Shown: positions 58,769-64,000 of the stretch, in pieces | How the letters are laid out: each line of letters starts with the position of its first letter | Numbering within the stretch: position 1 is the first letter of the stretch | Assembly: GCA_965208025.1 (NCBI GenBank) | Contig: OZ242302.1 | Span: forward strand, 247,485-311,484 | Direction: 5' to 3' | Source: Rhodothermales bacterium | Lineage (GTDB): Bacteria; Bacteroidota; Rhodothermia; Rhodothermales; Bin80 | DNA length: 64,000 bases | Notes under the pieces: generated by a model | The model's database searches: none | What the model saw: only the letters and a program-made list of their open reading frames with translations | Told to the model about the DNA's origin: nothing | Program-made: the position numbers and the translations under genes

Positions 58769-60353
58769 TGAGCCTCTTTCAAAATTCCTCAATTGGATGA
58801 TTTTTTGAGAGATTTTGCTGATTGATGGATCTGGGTACTAAAGAATGTTAGGGGCTGATCTGCTCTGGGAGGTATCGTTTTTTGGGTCACAAACGAAGGG
58901 GCAGGGATCTCCGAATTTTGTATTTTTAGGAGTATTGCAAATCCAACAAACCCCGGAGAATCCCATGTCCCTTACCAAGAAGATACGCGGTTTTTATATT
59001 TCCTGCCAACAGGAGTTGTTTCCATGTGTGGAGCAGAACTATGGAGCGTTGCCCAAACGATTGAGGAAGTTGTTGTTGTTATTTGAGTTGGTCTGTGTGG
59101 AGGATCATCTGCCTCGTCCCCGGCTTCGTTCGGTGGGACGCCCGCGTGCGCACCGGGTCTGTCTTGCGCAGTCGTTTTTGGCCAAGATGGCGTTAAATAT
59201 TCCGACAACCTCCGGATTGCGGGAGCGGCTTCTATCGGATGTTTTGCTTCGGTCCCTCTGTGGTTGGTCCCGCTCGTGTGATGTGCCGAGTGCGCCCACG
59301 TTTTCTCGTGCGTTTCAGGAGTTTGCGTTGGCGAAGTTACCGACTCGGATCCATGAAGCCTTGATCAAACAGGGGTACGCGGGGGAGTTCGTGGGGCATA
59401 TTTCACGGGATTCAACGGCGATTGAAGCGCGGGAGCGTCCGGTTCCGAAGGCTGACATGTCCACCCCCGTGAAGCCACGCAAGCGGGGGCGTCCGAAGAA
59501 GGGGGAGGAGCGTCCCAAGGTGCCTCGTCGCTTGGAGCAGCAGTTGAAGATGGAGTTAGGCGAGATGTTGGACGCATTACCGAAGGATTGTACGGTGGGC
59601 TGCAAGCGGAACGCGAAGGGGCATACGCAACGATGGACGGGCTATAAGCTACACATGGATACGGCGGACGGAGGGATTCCGATCAGCTGTTTGGTGACCT
59701 CTGCCTCGTTGCATGATAGTCAGGCCGCGCTTCCCTTGGCGCACTTGACGCAGCAGCGGGTGGACAACTGTTACGATCTCATGGACAGCGCCTATGACGC
59801 GAAGGAGATTGTCGCACATCGGAGCGCCTCGGGGCGTGTACCGATCATTGATCCGAATCCGCGCAACAAAAAAGCGGCGGATCGTCGCGAGCAAAAGGCA
59901 CAACGTACGGCCGGATTCATTCCTGCGGAGCGGGTTCGCTACCGGGAGCGTTCCACCGTGGAGCGGGCCTTTGGGCGGCTCAAAGATGAGTTCGGTGGAC
60001 GCAATATCCGAGTCCGTGGGCACGAGAAAGTCCTTTGTCATTTGATGTTCAGTGTGGTGGTACTCACGGTGGACCAAATGCTGCGGATGGTGCAGTAAAC
60101 CGGCCATCCAACCCCTGCATAACAGATTTTGGGCGCTCTGAACCACAGATGCCGTGGGAGGGGGGTGTGAAATCTACACGGATCGTGGACGAAATTCACC
60201 AAACAGAGACCTCCGTGCAGGCAAAACACTGGTTGAATCCACAAAACACCGAACCCCCGCCGATGATTCGGGTAGTCCGACCAGATTGAACCAGTTTAAG
60301 CCGCAATTCAGCCGGGACAACAGGAGAAAATAAAGAGTTTTGAAAGAGGCTCA
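58769..60353 (+). mobile_element. IS4/IS5-type insertion sequence (1585 bp), visibly more GC-rich than its surroundings
   Basis: Perfect 16-bp terminal inverted repeats TGAGCCTCTTTCAAAA (58769-58784) and TTTTGAAAGAGGCTCA (60338-60353) enclose a single DDE transposase ORF. The target duplication is unclear (flanks ...TTTCAAA / AATGTAT...). Confidence 0.85.
58965..60098 (+). CDS. DDE transposase (DDE_Tnp_1, IS4/IS5 superfamily)
   Basis: Likely start is MSLTKKIRGF at 58965 (the track ORF starts at 58845). HISRDSTAIEA, LMDSAYDAKEI and YRERSTVERAFGRLKDEFG give a D-D-E with Y-R-E-K-type spacing. Confidence 0.85.
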   Translation: MSLTKKIRGFYISCQQELFPCVEQNYGALPKRLRKLLLLFELVCVEDHLPRPRLRSVGRPRAHRVCLAQSFLAKMALNIPTTSGLRERLLSDVLLRSLCGWSRSCDVPSAPTFSRAFQEFALAKLPTRIHEALIKQGYAGEFVGHISRDSTAIEARERPVPKADMSTPVKPRKRGRPKKGEERPKVPRRLEQQLKMELGEMLDALPKDCTVGCKRNAKGHTQRWTGYKLHMDTADGGIPISCLVTSASLHDSQAALPLAHLTQQRVDNCYDLMDSAYDAKEIVAHRSASGRVPIIDPNPRNKKAADRREQKAQRTAGFIPAERVRYRERSTVERAFGRLKDEFGGRNIRVRGHEKVLCHLMFSVVVLTVDQMLRMVQ

Positions 60354-60554
60354 AATGTATCTAATATAGTTCAGATTTAAACATCTGCAACGAATTACTC
60401 TGTACCCTGAACTTAATCCGCATACCTGATGATGTGAAAGGGATATATCACACCGAAAAAGAAGGGCGACCTATTTGGTTATTGAATGAAATAGAATTTG
60501 TTCTATATTTGGGTAGATTTTTCAGGACAATAATTACCTCTAATTCTCATTGAC

Positions 60555-63500
60555 TATGGATGTTTTTGCTTTCCGAAAAGCACTGATTTCTGAGTATGCG
60601 CAATTTTCTCGGAGTTTCACGAAGATTAATGCAAATGATATTTTAGATAAGGTCAATGAGATCTACAGGAAAGAGTATTTCTGGCCTGCCCCTCTTGTTC
60701 AACTGAATCCCAATTTTGAGTCAGGTGGGTATGTCAAGGAGCTTGTAGAAAAGGGATTTCTTCACCCTGAGTGCGGTCAAATATTCCGAATTGGCGATCA
60801 TCATCTGTCTAAACAGCCCCTTCGCTTGTACCGACACCAGACGGAAGCCATAAAGATTGCCGTAAAAAGGGAAAGCTATGTGCTGACAACTGGAACCGGA
60901 TCTGGAAAATCACTTGCTTACTTTATCCCGATCGTCAACGATGTACTGCGGCGCAAGGCGGCGGGGGATATGAGTCAGGGGATTACGGCGATTGTCGTCT
61001 ATCCAATGAATGCACTCTGCAATAGTCAGTTTGAAGAACTAGAGAAATATCTTGGCTCGAGCAATGACCGAGAACTTCAATCAGTAACCTTTGCACGTTA
61101 TACAGGACAGGAAGAGTCAGAAGAACGGGATCAAATTGCCCAAAATCCTCCCGATATTCTTCTCACAAATTACGTTATGCTTGAATTGATCATGACACGA
61201 TTTGTGGAAACTGATAAGGCGGTCAGGAGACATGCGGAGGGGCTCAGGTATTTAGTATTGGACGAATTGCATACCTATCGTGGTAGACAGGGAGCAGATG
61301 TTGCAATGCTTGTCCGTCGTGTTCGTGAGCGATTCAATGATCAACTTATGTGCATTGGTACTTCGGCTACAATGATTTCAGAAGGATCGCATACTGAACG
61401 TCATGAAACGGTAGCTGGCATTGCAAGCCGAATTTTCGGCGTCACGGTTAAACCTGAGAACGTTATTTCCGAAACATTGAGGCCTGTCACTGCTTCGGGT
61501 GAGCTCCCAAGCAGTGCTGATCTGCGAACTTCAATTCAAGAAGGAATTCCGAAACATCCTACCTACGAAGAATTGTCAATGCATCCCATGTCTACATGGG
61601 TGGAACAGAAGATGGGTTTAGAAAAGTCTGACGGCATGGGCAAATTTGTCCGAATTTCTAGCCCATTAAGTATCCACGAGGCATCGGAATGCCTTGGGGA
61701 ATACGTTGATCTTGATTCTGAGATCTGCGAGAAATATCTCACGGATTTTCTGCTAATGGCCCATCAATGTAAGAATGAAAAGGGTCTTAGCTTTTTTGCA
61801 TTCCGACTTCATCAATTTATCAGTAGAGCGTGGAGTGTTTACACGACACTTGATCCTCCTGGCAAAAGATATGTCACACTTGAAGGACAACAGTTTAAGC
61901 CAGGAGATCGAACTCGTCCACTATATGTGGTCTGTTTTTGCCGGGAATGCGGACAGGAATACATTCCGGTATGGGCTACTTTCACTGGGGATATGCCTGT
62001 TTCTTTTTCGCCAAGAGATCTGAATGATCATTCAATCGATGACGAGGGAACAGATCTTCAACACGGCTATCTCATACCACAGGACCCAGACGAGTCAGTT
62101 AATTTTGATTCCGCTGATATTGAAAACAAGTATCCAGAAAATTGGCTGGAGTTTCGGGGAGGGTCTGCTCAACTTAAAACTTATTATCGACGTTTTGCTC
62201 CTATTCGTGTTCAGGTGAGTACCAAAGGTGAAGTCATTCAGGAAGGGTTATCTGGATGGTTTATCTCTGGAAAATTCCGATTCTGTCTTAATCAGGAGTG
62301 TGACGCATATTACGAGGGGAATATTCGCGAACTTACCAAACTGTCTGGGCTCTCGAGCGAGGGACGGAGTTCGGCAACTACTATTCTGACACTCTCCGCG
62401 CTGAAGCACCTGATCGGGACAGAATTAGACGATGAGACCAAGAAGATTCTTGCATTCACAGACAACCGTCAGGATGCTAGCCTTCAGGCAGGGCATTTTA
62501 ATGACTTCATTCAGATCCTCATGCTTCGGGGAGCACTTCTCGCGGCAATTCAAAAAGAGCCTTCAGGTCTTCTCAAAAACAACATTCTGACACAAAAGGT
62601 TCTTGATCACCTACATCTGGATGTATTTGACTATGCAGCGAGTCCTCAGGCAAAAGGATATAGGGCAAAGAAGACCATTGAGACACTTCGTGACATATTG
62701 GGATATCGTCTCTACTTTGATCTACAACGTGGTTGGCGTATTACCAATCCGAATCTTGAACAACTTGGTTTACTTGAAATCAGGTACAGAGACCTCTTGG
62801 ATTGTTGTGAAGACGAAGAAGAATGGCAAGCTTGTCACCCGATGCTTGGTTTCATTACACCTGAACAGCGTATGAAAATTGCTCAGGATATCCTTGATCG
62901 CATGCGTAAATCTTTGTGTATTAGAACTATCTATCTCAACTCAGAGCGGCAAGAGAAAATTCGCAACGACAGCCACAATCTCCTGAAAGAGCCATGGGGG
63001 TTGTCAGAAGATGAGAGGATGTATCCATCTGCGTATATGATCCCAAGACCAAGAATGGGCCGCAGAAATAAGGACAGGAATCTGTATATCTCTCACAGGT
63101 CAACATTTGGGAAAAATTATAAGTCAAAAAAGTTCTGGGGAATAGATAACCCTTACTATCCTGACAAATTTGGTGAAGATTTGTACAACCGAATTGTTGA
63201 TGACATTTTGTCTGTTTTATTAACCTATGGTTTCGTAGACTCCGCAGATCTATCAGGTGGCATCACGGGATACACCATTAATAGTTCAATTCTGGAATGG
63301 CATTATGTTGAAGAATCTCCAGAGGCACCATTGAATGAATTCTTCTATCATCTTTACAAAAATATAGCGGATTCTTTCAGGGACCATGACCGCCTCCTTC
63401 ATCAACTTGAAGCACGCGAACATACAGCTCAGGTAGATTCCGAAACACGTAAGGACCGAGAAAGTCGTTTTCGAAGGGGACTTACAGGTGAACGAGTCAA

Positions 63501-64000
63501 AGATCAAAAATCTGTACCGGCCGGGCTCCCTGTTCTTTTTTGCTCTCCAACTATGGAGTTGGGAGTAGACATTGCATCGCTGAATGCAGTGTACATGCGA
63601 AACGTTCCCCCAACTCCTGCAAACTATGCACAGCGCAGTGGACGGGCTGGGCGTAGCGGTCAGCCTGCGCTCGTGATCACCTATTGTGCTTCTCAGTCCC
63701 CCCATGATCAGTATTTCTTTTCCCATCCAACCCGCATGGTAAGTGGTGTAGTTAGCCCTCCGAGTATAGATCTGGCAAACGAGGATCTGATCCGAAGTCA
63801 TTTACAGGCTGTTTGGCTTACTGAGACAGGAATGAAGTTAGGGAATTCAGTATCTGAGATTATAGATCGTATGGATAGTCAAAACTATCCTTTGAGTGTT
63901 GAAATTGCAAGCCAAATTCATTCATCAAAGATTGTTTCAAGGGCGACAACTCGTGCACAACGCATCCTTCACACATTGGAACAAGAACTTTCTCCGCAGG
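60555..64000 (+). CDS. Very large SF2 DExH (DELH) helicase of the YprA/MrfA - DrmA - DruE-like kind, 3'-truncated by the window edge (more than 1148 codons)
   Basis: Not in the supplied ORF track. ATG at 60555 is preceded by an in-frame TAA at 60531. I translated the frame by hand to nt 64000 without meeting a stop. Motifs: YVLTTGTGSGKSLAY (I), YLVLDELHTYRGRQGADVAMLVRRVR (II), IGTSATM (III), ILAFTDNRQDASLQAGHFNDF (IV region), LFCSPTMELGVDI (V), ANYAQRSGRAGR (VI). Cys knuckles CFCRECGQEY and CLNQECDAYY lie in the inter-lobe insert. Confidence 0.9.

Noticed and set aside
61775-63801. Track ORFs 61775..62023, 62024..62218, 62603..62875 (+), and 62936..63127, 63286..63801 (-).
   Set aside because: They are out of frame with or antisense to the unlisted helicase ORF (frame of nt 60555), which carries the complete SF2 motif set. 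They are therefore artefacts.
1-64000. CRISPR arrays, rRNA genes, prophage structural modules.
   Set aside because: I noticed no regularly spaced short direct repeats, no rRNA-like conserved strings, and no capsid, terminase or portal-like ORFs when reading the window. An exhaustive repeat scan was not possible by eye.

Overview
This 64-kb chromosomal window looks like an FCB-group bacterium (Bacteroidota / Balneolota / Rhodothermota-like). The evidence is a T9SS porU-porV operon and Por-type C-terminal sorting domains.

Backbone genes:
- the 3' ~1330 codons of rpoC
- an NCS2 permease, a MOSC protein, an HNH endonuclease, msrP and a SAM methyltransferase
- gap-pgk
- a sigma-54 response regulator and a lolD-like ABC ATPase
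- nadA, frameshifted
- a Lon-N / MBL pair
- porU-porV plus two large downstream envelope proteins
- a tlpA-like thioredoxin

Accessory or unusual content:
1. Two head-to-head giant paralogues (1385 and 2023 aa) combine LRR, Calx-beta and an autotransporter-like barrel. A decayed barrel remnant of a third copy lies between them.
2. A textbook group II intron domain V/VI lies on the minus strand between pgk and the methyltransferase. It has no reverse-transcriptase ORF.
3. A ~7-kb decaying defence islet (29.7-36.6 kb) is bracketed by an 11-bp direct repeat. It holds an intact ISL3 element with 8-bp target duplication, two HEPN/MNT modules (one HEPN killed by a TAG), an AlbA_2-type protein, and an HsdR-like ORF in which every catalytic motif is substituted.
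4. A second islet runs from ~52.8 kb to the window end. It holds a DUF4411 / HTH-ImmA(IrrE) pair, HEPN-like and DUF262 pseudogenes, a Doc module, ORF-free decayed DNA, a GC-rich IS4/IS5-type element, and a helicase gene described next.
5. The helicase gene is >1148 codons, of DExH (DELH) type, runs off the window, and is absent from the supplied ORF track. I consider it the most interesting lead.

I found no rRNA, tRNA or CRISPR array. All family assignments come from reading motifs by eye. No searches were run.
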